Of a stretch of 64,000 nt of DNA, positions 11,127 through 24,802 are shown piece after piece. The DNA is from Balanoglossus misakiensis (taxonomy: Eukaryota; Animalia; Hemichordata). Below the pieces are notes generated by a model. The model was not told the origin of the DNA and did no database searches. It was given only the letters and a program-made list of their open reading frames with translations. Positions within the stretch are counted from its first letter, which is position 1; each line of letters starts with the position of its first letter. The stretch is from assembly GCA_040954595.2 (NCBI GenBank), contig CM082579.2, positions 2,968,345 to 3,032,344 of the forward strand, in the 5' to 3' direction. The position numbers and the translations under genes were made by a program.

Positions 11127-14100
11127 AAAGTTCATCAAGTCACGGCGGGCCACCTTTATACGCCAATTGCGCTGTGCTGTCTCTTAATTCGTCCCATGAA
11201 AATTAAGCTTGTGCATGTACCACCTTCTAAGTTCCAGAGAATACGACGGGTTTAAAAAGTTATGGAGCATTTCGTCGGGATACAAAAAGTGACGTCTGAG
11301 CGGTTCATTTTCGTGATGGTAGTGGAATGATGGTCTGGACAAAATGACACGTGCCAGGATTTTTCTTGGCGAATTTTCGGTTTTGTTCGGCTCACAGAAA
11401 TCTCTGTTTGTCATGTGCCGCTAATTCTGTCCATTAATGCGTAGTCTTGTTCCCCATTCACGGACACCGGTCACGTGGACGCAGTTGCCCGTGACCTGAT
11501 AAAGATCGGCGGGCATTATTTCCAAATCGTGCCTTAAAAGGTTAATTGATTTGAGAGAAAAAACTTGCCGTTCTCTGCGTTCTCAGTCATGTCGCCTGTC
11601 AAACAATATCTCACATTGCAAATCAGTTGATTTTAAAAAGTGTGTTCAGCCTTTTTTGCATCAGGGCAAATCGACTGATCAACGGTAGAAGAGACATCGA
11701 TGTTTGGTGGTTAGAGCGACTGGCGCGCCCACAAGCGCTCTTATGTGACGCTATGACCGTTATATCTGCCACAGACACATGGTTTAGTGGCTGCAAACGC
11801 AAGTCACACGCGGTTAGGTCATTTGCGGGCACAAATCGCAGACAAGGTGTCGCACGTGTATAGAAATTTTCCGGCGTGGTTACTAACTGTCTGGGCGAAT
11901 GCCTCGAAGGGGGAAAAACTGACCATACATAACACAACATTGCGTTGGTTTTACTGTCACTATGAAACAATCATGCTTTAGAATCGGGTTGTTGCGGCAA
12001 CAAAGCGGCTTTCGAAACTTCTTTCTTCGGTTGATTGGGCTAGTGTTCCGTGTGCTTTGACCAATGCACCTAGGGTCATTCGAGGAGGTATCGCAAAACT
12101 GCAGTGAACGTGAGAAGACTTCAAATAGCCACTAGGGTCGCAATGTTCTTTTTTTATCTTAAAATCAAACTATGTGCAGCTGATTCGTTATTTCGCATTC
12201 CAACGAGCGACTTTCATTTCGAATTTGTGCTGTCTGTAAAATAAAATGAAAACAAATTATATCGCGATATTATCTTTCACTTTCTTCCATAAAGATTGTT
12301 TTCATTATTCCCCAATTACTTCATATGAACTGAAAGTTAATTTTCACACATTTGAAGGGGGTCTTCACAATAAAAGTGAGAATGTCATAATGCATGCCCC
12401 AAGATATATGAGAGACGCTAGTATAAATCAAGACCGACATCGACAGCTATCTTTTCAAAAATCGGAACGGCTGAGATATTTTTGATCTCTTACATTTCGT
12501 TCCAGGCCTCCATTTACATGACAAATGTCACCCAGGTCAGCCTGCCGTTGATAATTAGTTGTTATTTTTTTTTCAACAACCACAAAACCATATGACGCAA
12601 TATTAATGGTTGGTGTCGTTCTAGGTCAGTTCCTGGTCACCATAATTCATCATCGTTCCAGACGGTCAGCGGTATAGCGCCCTCGCTGCATGCAAAATCA
12701 AGCTGTACTCAACTTCCTAGTGACACCCTTTTAAGTATACTCCAGTTTCTCGCGAAAGCATTCAGGGTAGTTAAATCAATTCTAAAATTATTCGGATAAT
12801 TTTATATCAAACGTTCTCAGCCGTGCACATTGTATGGGATGAATTAGAACAGGCTAGTCCCGGGTCAAGGTCAATACTGGTATAAAATGAAGGAAATTTG
12901 GCTGTTTGTGTGGCAAACTCTTGTGCGAGCGTTATTTATGTGCAATCGTTTCCACATAAAACACTTGACTGGCTACTTCTTTGAAGAGCCATCGAGGTTC
13001 GGGTCTTCAGGCTATCACGACATCGATTCAAAAAGTGGTGGCCCAGCCTCTACACAGACGACAGTTACAGGCACGGTACAATATGACGTCGCATTAGCCT
13101 TACATACTGCAGTGCTTCCAATTTCGAAGTTAGCCATGGAGGAGCGTTGAAATTGTCAGAGGGTGCTGAGACTATATGAACCCGGGTGAGGAAGATGCAC
13201 TTTTGGTTAACACGCCAGTGCGGTTGTGACACTGACATTGAGCGTGGTGGGTCGCTATAAATCAGCGACGCCATTGTTAAAACGTGTCAGCTATATGAAA
13301 GCAAGAAAAGAATCGCCTTTGCAACGCATTAATTCCCTGTTCTCTGCTCGCTATCAGGTTTATTTTCGCGGTACCGCATCAGTGCCCCTCATCCTGAAAT
13401 TGCCCTCCAGCAATGCGGCTAGTTTTAATAAGGGGTGTATCGGTTGCTCTCATGTTTTCAAGAGAGGGTAAGTCAAAATATAGGAGACTATTTTTTTCTC
13501 AATCATTGGTCTCTGATGAAACAGACACTAGTAGAAACAAATGTGCTGCCCGCCATCGTACAAATACGATAGCAGCAGTACTCTTTGACCAGGAAACATG
13601 AACGGCCTATCGGTTACGTGTGGAGCAAAACGATCCAACGCCCCCGCTGAAAGAAGAAGACCTAGCCCGTTTCTCTGTTCTCGCCTTGTCGTTGACACGT
13701 TTGAAGGTACGCGCCAACTTGTGGTTGTCGTGGTTGATGAAAAATGCCATTAACTATATTAGCCCACATGCCCACGTGATTTAAAATTTATAACTCGAAG
13801 ATTAAATTGAAATTGACGTTTCTTCCCAAAATATACATACAAAAAAATTGGCTCCAATATTGGACACGTGACTCGGGAGCAGTTGTCGTGCCTAAATGCC
13901 AACTTCTCTTGATGGAAGAGTGTAAGAGCGAGCGGATTTTATGAAAGAGAAAAATTAAAATGGATTTCCATTGGGCACCTTGTGAATTTCAATTAGTTTT
14001 GAAAAATACAGCATCTGGAAACTGGAGCTGTTTTCACGCCAGCAACGAGACCGCTGTCATGACGTCAGCGACGAGACCCGACATCCATGACATTGTGCAT

Positions 14101-17100
14101 CTTGTTTGACTTGGATAACCGAGTCGTAATTGAAGGTGTGATGGAACAACTCAATTCAGGGGACACCCATTAAACAGCTTCGGCTTCCTTCTTCAAATGT
14201 TGGCCATGCAATGTTTAGCCGGGCAACTTGCAAATTGATTGAAATTCATTGACGTCAGTAAGTCTGTTAACGACAAACATTGTCAAATAACTTAACCACA
14301 TCTGTGGGTTTCCCAGCCGTGTACAATCACAGGGACGTCACGACCACCGAAGAACCCACACCGCACTACGGCACGGATCCCAACAAAAGTTGCATTTGCA
14401 CTCAGTCGGCTGTGGTGATTAAACGCGTATGAAAGCAAGGGGATAATTGCTCTTTTTTAACAGTAAAGTTCTCTTTTCGCATTTTTTTTGTCTTTTGTAT
14501 AATAGTTTGTTTTTGCTTTCTTCCCTCAGTGCTCCGCGGACAATATCTGGCATGGGGCGACGACCCCAGCGTCACAATACCACACACAAAACGCATGTTG
14601 CTAATAGCACCGGATCAAAGGATGGAACGGGATCACCCTTTATAACTATATTTACAGGGGGATTCAAAGAAACCTTTGAAGGCGACAAATGCTACTTGAG
14701 AGTTGGGTTAATATGATGCAATTGACTTATCCAAAAGCTGGAAGTTCAAGTTCAGTGGTAAGAGTAATAAGTCTGATCACTCGCGCGCACGCACGCACGC
14801 ATACACACACGCACGAACGAACGCATTTGCCATAGGTTAACAAATCCAATCATTCCGGACATCTATCAAACTGTTTATATCCATTTTACAAAAGTGTTTC
14901 TTTTTCCGGGCAATTATTTTCTTGTCATAACAGTTTCCAAGACTTAATTCCGCCAGGACTTTGATTTATCTGTTGGGTTTGATATTAAAAGGAATGGGGT
15001 CGGGCTTGCTTGATAGAGACAAAGCAATTGGAACTACGCCGGCCGACGTTGCACCGTTGTCTGTACCTTAAATACGTTAAAGGAATAGCTTTGTGAGGCT
15101 GAAGTTGATCTGCCCGGGTTGACAAGTAACACGTTTCCCTTTTTACTGATTGACGTTGATGATCGATTGCGTTATCAAAAAGTCTCTTTCTGATTTTTAT
15201 CTGCATTCTTAATGATATAGGCGACCGTTGTATGTCACCGAACCGTAGGCAGTTGAAACGCACTACATATCAATGTTATAATGGAGCCGTAGTTTTTTGG
15301 TCCAAAGAGGATCTTTTTCCTTGTGTCTTGGGACTGCACGTGGCCGATTCTGGCAACTGATAAGAGAACTCTGATATAAAAAAAACCTATAGACTCAGTG
15401 AGTCTCTGATTCGGGGTAAATTGCAAATTCGGGCATGACTTAATGCTCAGTGGTATCCAGCGGAAAGAGGACCCTTTCCGTCGCATTAGTTTCTTATGTG
15501 GGAGTAGGACGCCTTATAATGCGAACCCATTTGACCTTGGCTAAATTCTTATAATCGTTCAATCAACAGGTGGTTCGGCAGGGCGCCCTCTAGGTCGGCC
15601 GCCGAGCTATGGTTTTCAAATGTTCCTTACGAATCAGCTTGCTGGGCTGTGTTAAAACGTGCCGACTCAGCAGCCTTTGGAACGAAATCGAAAGAAACAA
15701 TTTGGTGGAACGAACTTTGTTTAAACCATGTGCAATTTCGAATGGAAGACATTCTCCCTCTTTTACAAAATATATGCATTGATGTGGACAATTTGAAATG
15801 TAAAGAAAAATAATAATATTTTAATGGACATGAAAACTGGCGCCGATTCACTGTTTACAAACACCGCTCTTTTTACACATGTATGTTAACTGAGATTGAC
15901 AGTTGTGGTGTGACGGATGCGAATTGTGTTTATGGCATTCATTGGTGAACTTACTGAGTACACCTGATATTGTGGAGTTTGTCTATCCGCCCACGGTTAG
16001 TGTACAATTCGTATTGATGTATATATGTGGTTTTGTGTGTGTGTGCGCGCGCGCGCTCGCGCGGATGCGTGGGAGTTAAGCAAAAACCTCTGTATGACTT
16101 GGTTCTCTTTGTTGGCCAATCTGCCCCGGTTGATCTAAAGCTACCAAGACTAAATGTCCGCCAATTATGAAGAATCTTCACGCTAATTACACATCTCATA
16201 TTTTATAATGAACGAGCCCTTGGCACGCTCTTTTTATTTCTATCATTTTTTTTAAATGTTCAGTTTCTACTGTACACGTCTATTCAACTGAACCATCTTT
16301 GTAGAGTCATATCCGTGAATTAGAACTGATTTTATTTTGCGGTTCAGTCACAGCTTCCCTTCGTGATCAACCAAGTATCCCCTGTCGTTCCTGGAATTAA
16401 GACACGATTTCGAAGGCTTCCAACCATTTTTGCAGCCAACACAGATACGTTTAGCCCCCAGGTGCCAGAAGCTCTTTCTGTTGGTTCCCTGTGCGTAGGT
16501 GGGCAAACGTGTCCCGGTTGGGATCTCCGAATACATACGCACGTGGAAGCTTAAGATCAAAGGTGAACTCCTAAGCAATCGACAGACGGTATAATTTCAT
16601 TTTTAATGCCCCCTTTACAAAACATTGTACCGTGATTAATGGTACATGTTAATACCTTTAAAATTTGAGGATTAAAAACAAATAAGATGAAACCTTAAAA
16701 AATACATGCGGTCTTCCCTGACTTTAAAAAAAATGGCAGCGCGATTATTTGATCAGTTTTGCGTTGGTGTTTAAAGGCGGGTGTGGCCCATAAAATTATT
16801 TACTTTGCAGAAGCTGTACAAACCGTCCCTGGTCCACAAACAGGAAGAACAATGTTTACAGGACAATTTTACAAAGCGGGTTAAGATCTAGTCTTCGCTT
16901 TACAATCACAACTAGAGCTCTCAGTAATGCCACGTTTATTGTTCACTTTTTATTATTATTTTATGCTACACGGCACGTGACGGTTAAATGAGTTGTAGTA
17001 ATACATTGAAAGTGATGATTCTATTTCTAAATTGGCACGTAGACTTTTAACCCTTCCTTCCGTCGTTTTTTTTTATTTAGAATACATAACATTTTACCGA

Positions 17101-20100
17101 GCCGCGGGTAGAATCGGAGCCTTTGATTTCTCTTTTTATTATTAATGTGGGCTTTCATTACTCTTCCGGTTGAGTGATTCACGGTCACGAACATGAGTAC
17201 GATAAAAACTGCCGAAAATATGAAGAGAATCGCTCTTTGTGTCAAAATTGGGGGTTTCGTTTCGTTCTGGTTCCTCGGCCAGTTAAGCCATTGGGTCACC
17301 GACAGACTATATCAGCTCATTGATCATTAGCTTTTCTCTGTTTGAGTGAATCGTTCAGTGAATCGCCAGATTTCTTTGCAACGCGGCGGCTGGAAAAGAA
17401 AACAAAAAAGATGGGCCAAATCCCGTGTTTTCACAACAAGCTCGCGTACAATGACTGTTCTCGGTAATGGGGTATTGAAAAGGGGGAAGAAATCTGTGTG
17501 TGCAGTGATAGACAGGTCAGCTCACTGCATTCAAAATAGCCCGCTGGCTATTATCTATACGTTTATACTTATCCCAGAGACCCAGACTTGCATTATGAAT
17601 AACCGCCCATCGGTGAGCGTGCTATTCAGCGAAAGTTATTGTGTCCATCGTTGAATGTCCAAGCGTGTTGCAGTATTCTGTCGGTCCAAGCCTATATTAA
17701 CTGTAGCAATCATATCGACCGTTCGATAGCCGATCGTCAATTTAGATCCTGGGTTATCCTGACCGGCATTGTTTAAAGCTTCACCGGGCCATTTTAAAGA
17801 CCTTTCACGGTTATCGTTTTTGAAATGCTCATTCTACGCGAGGGATTATGAATGTGCAAGGCCCTTTCTCTGTTGAGGTCCACCCATTCGTGGGCCACAG
17901 ACGGAAGGAAGGGCGCTTCAGACAGGGAAATCGACGGCATACTAACATATTGGGTCTTCCGCTTGCGAAAAGGTTTGGACGTGGGGGACCAACGGAGACG
18001 CACAGACACCCAAAGGTCTGACGGGTCGACCCAACACGCCGCAAATTTTCACGCGACTTGTGAAACTGAATATAACCGCGTCCCATGGCAACGAGGTAAC
18101 CGCGACATACGAATAATAGGTGTCTGCTGACAGGCAGATGAAGACCGCGGTATGCAAAGAACCCTGCCGTGTCAAAGTTCACGCGAGCAACTGTTTGTTT
18201 CATTCGCGTGTCGTCATGGCAATGCCGCCTTCCTCAAGGACGGCTTATGGGGCGAGCGAAATTGAGATTGGATCGAACCGTTTGATCGTTAGGGTGCCTT
18301 TCGTGTTTTGTCGAACTACCAAATCTATTCGTCTAACTTTGACCTTAGGAGCTAGTAGACTTAATGCGTATTGTGTAGTTATCAGTGAATAGTGATTATA
18401 ATCAAGCAGTGCACTAAACTGGCTTGTACTTTGAAAGGAAGCCGTATCAAATTCACTAGCGGACCGGGGCTATCAATGTGAACTTTCTCAGGAATAAAGA
18501 TTTCAGCGTGTGGAATGCATAGGCACTGCTTCGTTACCTAGCAACTGATTCGTCACTGTTATTTCGAGGTTTCCCCGACAACTCATGATAATAAATTCTT
18601 TCTCAAAGTGAGAAAGGTAAGTCAAGTGACAAAATCGTTAGTTGCTACGGCAATACCGACGTTTCTGCAAGTGAAGATGGTTTTATAGCACGGAACGGTT
18701 GTCATGACAACCTCGCGCAAACCTAAGCGTCACCGTGCGTGTGGTATTCCGCTGGGTTACACGCATCACTAAAACAATAATTTATGTTTAATTACAATAA
18801 TGACACTGGCTCGAGCAGGTCTGTTAGGATTTTCACGGATAGTTTCATTACTTCAAACATTGAATTGGCATCAGGGACCGCAGGAACACAAATAAGAGGA
18901 CAGGCATTTGGTGTTCAAGCGTCAAATTTTCTTGTCGACTTCGAACCGCATCTGGTGTTACCATGGCAGTTTCTTCATGCAGAACAAATTGATACATTGT
19001 CGCGCTGCCCATCACTGGACTAAAGCGAAAGTGAGACCAGCAATAGAACGCATACCTCCGATATATGACGCATCTTTGCAACCGATGCGCTAAACCCAAT
19101 AATCATATCTCTGTCACTTTCCGTTAGTTCGTACAAGACCCTACATGACAAAGCCAGTCTGAGGAGAGAGAAAAACGTCTCGCAAAACAGACAGCGATCA
19201 ACGAAGGGCGCCTCCAAGAGGACGGATAGAGAAATGATTTTTTTCGCTGAAGGTTTACTTGAGTATTTTACGGATTGCTATCGTAATTCTACCATATACG
19301 GAAGGTATAATGTTTTTTAAATATTAATAATTGACACGGAAATGAACATTTTACGGTAAATACGGTGGAATTTAGGCAATGAATTGTAAAGACAACGGAA
19401 AAGACACAATACCTCTTTGTGAATGCGGAAGTGTCTGTTCTCGTCAGTCATTTGTTCAGTTTCAGATCGGCCTGAATCGCGAATCACATCCACAGAGAAG
19501 TGGCGGTTGATACTGGACTACGGAGATGACCATCACACGGATTCACACTGGGTTTTGTATCAATCAAAGCAAATGTTAATTGTTAGTGGCGGGTCTATAA
19601 GTCAGGCACTGCGCGAACATGTACATGCATAAATGCTGTTTGTAATGAAGACCGAGCGTGGCGCACACAGACAATACACGTCATGTGACGGAGTAGGGAA
19701 ATCCCTTCTACAGACGCTACTCCACTTCTAAGACAACAACGCCAATTCTTTTGTCGGAAAGTATTTGAAGTTCTGCCCTAATTATTAGGATTAACACGGG
19801 TTAAATCGCGATTTGCTGTGTACCGTTCAGTATACGGCTGCGTCATCACACATACAGGGGGTGTACACACCATACCGAATGCTTTCTGAATGTCAGCTCG
19901 TACAAGCAAATTGGAGTATTAGACAAGAGTTCCGAATCAGAAGCAACGTTTGATTCCAACATTGGCAGTCAGTGTAGCACAACTGTACAGGGTTCAGCGC
20001 TGTTTTAAATACCTCGGGACCATATTTATTGTTTGAGGTGACGAGACGTAGAGGCATGGTAAATTGGCGTCATTATCATCGGTTTAAACCATCGAGTTAC

Positions 20101-23100
20101 TATGTGGGAAAGGATACAGCTGAAATGCGTAGATGATGAATACGGAGAAAACACATTTCGTCAAATTATGCAGAATTTTATTACATTTAAATATTCCCAC
20201 TCCCAGGAGATGTGACATTCTTTGATCGACTTTAATTTCATCGTCACCCCACCCGAGGATGGTCTTTTGACCTGGTTTGCTGTCGCAGTAAAATAGCCAT
20301 TTTAGCAGATATGTGAACATTTTGCCACGTCATTTGCTTTATAACCTTCTCTGGAGTACTTTACCCCGGGAACGTTACAAAAAACGTGTATGGGCCACAA
20401 CACTAGGCGGCGCTGTTGACCAGGCCAACCGAACTTATTGTAGGGTGGACAATATGATGATTAGCAATTATGCAGGCGCGCCAAATACGATTGTGAAAAT
20501 GCGCATATAATGTGCGCAGACAGCGAATACATTGACCCCTGAGGAGGTAACTCCATAAACTATTTTATAATAGAATACGTCACAGGGTCAAAGTTTTAGT
20601 TATCGGTGGAGAGATGTCTTAGAAAGATAAGGGTCACCAGGCGTGTATTCGTGTACCATAAGCCAACATACCACGACCAACGAAGACAAATCCATGAAAT
20701 AAACTATACCAATGTAAATGTTTTCTGAATCCTGTCGTTATGTTCATTGCAAGATACCCAGATTACGTGCGGGTTGGGGTTGACTACATGAATAATTCAT
20801 GAGGGAAACTCGTCACCTGACGAGAGTATGTCAGTGATGTCTTTAATCTCTCTGAAAATCTCTCTCGCAGTTGTGGCCGCTGAGTGTCTGTGTCCTCCGG
20901 TCGACGTTTATTTTTCAAACTTCTAAAAGTGTCGACAGAAACTTTTCAGCCGTTCTAGTTGGACTGCTTTGGTTGCGCTCGGTTTTGTTTTCAGGAAACT
21001 AGGGAGAGACGCCCCCAGACTCAGAATTCGACATGGAGAACTTCTCGTCAACACACTCGATCTCGTCCTTGTAATTGGGGGTCTCGCCAAGGGACTGCAA
21101 CGTGGCCGGTCGAGTGAACATTTCGGCCGCTCCGCACGCCCCAATCTGGGAAGAACTTTTTTCGGGACTTTTTCGTCGGCGGAAATAAAGAGAAGACAAG
21201 CTTGGTGTGGCCAGTTTTTAAGACTACAACTAGTCTAGGGTGGCAAAAGAGTAGCTATTAAGGCCGGTTAGTATCACAAAGACATTTTACGCGCTATGCT
21301 TCACAAAGCAATCAACAGTTTTGAGAACAACAAACCGTCAAAGTGCACGCTTAGACGACGCAAGCAGGCCACGTGGTGGAGACCGTAGCCGGATGGAAGC
21401 CCACGTGGCAGGCATTAACCCAAAATACCTGTTAAAAACCATTCATATTCTAATAATAGCAAAATTATATATATGAACCTTGAAAAGTCAACATTTTCCA
21501 ATTTCTCTCCAATTTTCACCACTTTTCCATCGTCCATTTCGTCAGAAAGTGAACTTTTATGTTACTTTTATTAAGTTCTCATAGAATTTCTATGTAAAAA
21601 AGTGCGCATTTTGTTTCCAAGGACGCATTTCAACTTTTCGCTACCTTGCTCTCGTTCCAACCATCTGCCGTTTGGTGAAAAAACAACTTATTAATTGTTC
21701 TTTGTTATGCACAATTGTTGGTTTTCTTTACACAAGAAACAAAGAGGCTTTTGGGGGTTTCAAGTATTTTCTGGCGTTGCCGCACCTCATTTGCATAAAT
21801 TATCTGGCTGCGGCCAGCAGATTGCGTTTCGTCTATATCATTCATTGTGTCTGTAAGTGCTCCATTTCTTTGTGTTTTTTGACAGGATCTTTGATGCATT
21901 TATCCAGGAGGCTTCAGGCAATGCTCTAAATAACTTGAAATATAGTAAAAACTAATTAGAATCGGGGGAAATCGCCCAAGTTGTAGGATTTAGTCGCAGC
22001 AAGCAAATGGGACAAAGGGTATATGTGGATACAATAGCAATAGAAGTCCATGTGATCGGAGCAAGGCGCTGCCTCCGAATTTCCCACCACTAGGCTGGAT
22101 ATAGCAGAAAAGCACTTGTTAGCTTCCATTCAGGCCGCGATTAATAATATCACTCCGACGAAATCGAAATTATTTCCATAATCTGAGCGGGCTCTGTGGC
22201 ATATCGCATGTTGGTGTGTGAAGCAGACGAATGGCTGGCCAATATACAATGAATTATTGTGCTTGGTCCGATTTTTCATATTTGCCACAGGACCCCCAAA
22301 AGAGGCATATATTCGGGGTCTTTTATAACGGATTGATCATTCTTGAAAAGTTTTCGCCAACATTTCCTGCGATTAGATCTCCAAATGGAGCCTGCAAGTA
22401 ATAGCAAAGTGCCGGCAGTAATACAGGAGATTGGAACAATATTCACACAGAAGGCGTGTCGTTCGTGGCGGGCCTGGCTACGCCACGGACTGAGGCTCTT
22501 ATCAAGTATCGCAGCTACCAAGCAGGTCGATAATTTATGACTGCAGCTGCATCCAGCTTCTAAAAACTATTGTATTTAGGGGTAAACACATATAGTAACA
22601 GCCCGTGTATTAGGTTTGTATGTTCAATGAATGGTATTCAGCGAGCGTACACCTGCAGCCTGTGCATGGAAGCCAGCCACCCCAGTCAATTAAGAAGAAA
22701 TTAGATTCATGTGTGTGACCAATCATTAGGAAAAGTTTGATCAAGTGGTTTCCAACACCAACGAAGCGCTTTAGATCCGCGTATTAATCTATTTTTGGAC
22801 GCTATATTGTGTGCAAGTGGGTGCCTATCGTATGGGTGCAATACCATAGAGATTGGCATCCGAAGTCCTTTGTGGGGGAGAAAGTCGTACATGTGTATCG
22901 GACGCCTTCCATCCTTCCAATTTGATCGTGTTTCATGAGACTGCCCCAACAAAGCAAACCATATGGGCCCACAAGTCACATATGTTTCGTTTTCTTCAAA
23001 TTTTCACACGAACTCGTCTGACCGCTCCCCGAATGGACGGTAACTCCCTCGTGTTTCCCCCCGATTGTAATGGGGATGAATTAAAAGTTTTTCAAAAGCA

Positions 23101-23929
23101 CATTTAAAAACTTCGAACCAATTAAAAGTTACTCTGGCGGAGCGGTGCACTTGTTGCAAGTTGTTTTAAACACTCCTCTCGGCCTTTGTCTCCGACTCGC
23201 CTGCCAGTTTTTTGGGGCGAGCGAACCGAGACCCTCAGTCGCCTAAGAGGGGGCCCGATTGCGACATTTCGCATAAGTCTAATGACAGGCCGTCATTCAG
23301 TTCAATGAGTATGAACCCCGTGTTTCTGTTTTGGCTTGTCACCGATGATAGAGTGATGCAAGCAAAACACATGACAGCCACCGCAACTGGCAACTAGCTG
23401 CCTATCACGTGTGATAGTCCACCATTAAAAATGCCATAAAACATTATACATCCGCTCTGTGTGCTGTTCCATTTCATTTGGGGCAGCCTCTCTTTGCTTA
23501 AAATCCAACTTGTCAATTGATAGGCGCCCTTTTCGCCGTTTCCTGCCAACTATGCAGCCATCCATCCAGGCTTGCATCCATGCACCTGACGTGTGCCGCA
23601 CCTTCCTGTGCTCTATCAAGATCCGCATCAGTTGCATTGAATAGAGAACAAAGGCGTTTCACCTGTTAGAGGGGGACTCTTTTTTTCTAAAACGAGGATA
23701 CATTTGGAATGAAGGCATGAAAGCAACCGTGATAGGTTATTCATAAATGTGGCATAAAATACAACTAAATGGCGGTCACACCGATGGCTATACTACAAAG
23801 CTTCGAGGAACCGACAACTATAGTAAGTTGCAAGGTAGACTGAACACAGACGAAGGAATCGTCGTTAAGCGACAATTCAACGTTAAATGTATCACATGAG
23901 TCGTTGATGTAAGACGTCTTAAAATATCA

Positions 23930-23935
23930 TTTATT
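23930..23935 (-). terminator. Candidate Gsx polyadenylation signal
   Basis: AATAAA on the minus strand about 510 nt past the stop; an alternative lies at 24176-24181. Confidence 0.35.
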
Positions 23936-24443
23936 AAGTTTGATATAATCCAATATAAATATAGTCTGATACAAAATAAACGCACAAATTAAGAGATGAT
24001 TAGTGTAACTTTGCATCACTCTCGCAGTATTCTCTGGAGAGTTTTGTCTTGGTTTGCTTTCAATATAACAAAAACAAACAGATAAACAACAACGCGAACA
24101 ACTTGGTTAGAGACTCTTCGCTCTGAAACCAAGAGCTCTCGATCACGTTTTCCACTCTGTAAACTACAGCGAATATTTATTATTGCATATTACTGTTGAA
24201 ACAGAGGCTGTCTGGAGAAGATTTCATTCCAAAGTGAATCCTCATGTTTCAATGTACTTATCGTGCCACATTGGAAAAATTACATTATCGCAGAAAGATA
24301 TAAAAGAGGTCAGTTCTTGTTTCTAAAAAACAGTACAAATGGAGAGTCTTTCCTTGCGATTGGGTGAAGTGGCCAGCAAAAATGTGGCACTGCTGACCGT
24401 TATGTTCTTCAACTAAAGTCTGGAGTCAGTTCTATACACATTT

Positions 24444-24802
24444 CTACGACGACGAAGACAGACTGCTTGTCGAGTCGCTTTTCGGACTTGATTCGCTCGC
24501 CTCGCTCTGCGCATGTGTCGTAGAGTTTGATTGGTTCATGCCACCGCGAGAAACCATTCTATGACATCTGCAGTCACGTGACTCCGACTTTCCCTCTTTC
24601 TTGTATTTGACCCGCCGATTCTGGAACCATATTTTCACTTGTTTCTCGGAAAGGTTCAAATAGGTGGCGATTTCTATTCGGCGGAGTCGCGAGAGATACA
24701 TGTTGGCGGCGAACTCTCGCTCCAGCTCCAAGAGCTGTGTGCTGGTGAAAGCCGTGCGGATTCGTTTACTGCTGTGTAAATTGTCAGAATTTGTGTCCAC
24801 AT
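24444..24802 (-). CDS. Gsx: Gsx exon 2 (homeodomain)
   Basis: [58 protein letters not shown] is a Gsx/Ind homeodomain, followed by a CRC motif. Acceptor TTGCAG| at 24803, phase 1; TAG at 24444-24446. Confidence 0.96.

Noticed and set aside
3000-24400. Many 60-174 aa ORFs in the Gsx-Xlox interval (e.g. 10460..10984, 7024..7464)
   Set aside because: No recognisable domains, many non-ATG starts, no coherent exon chain; expected noise.
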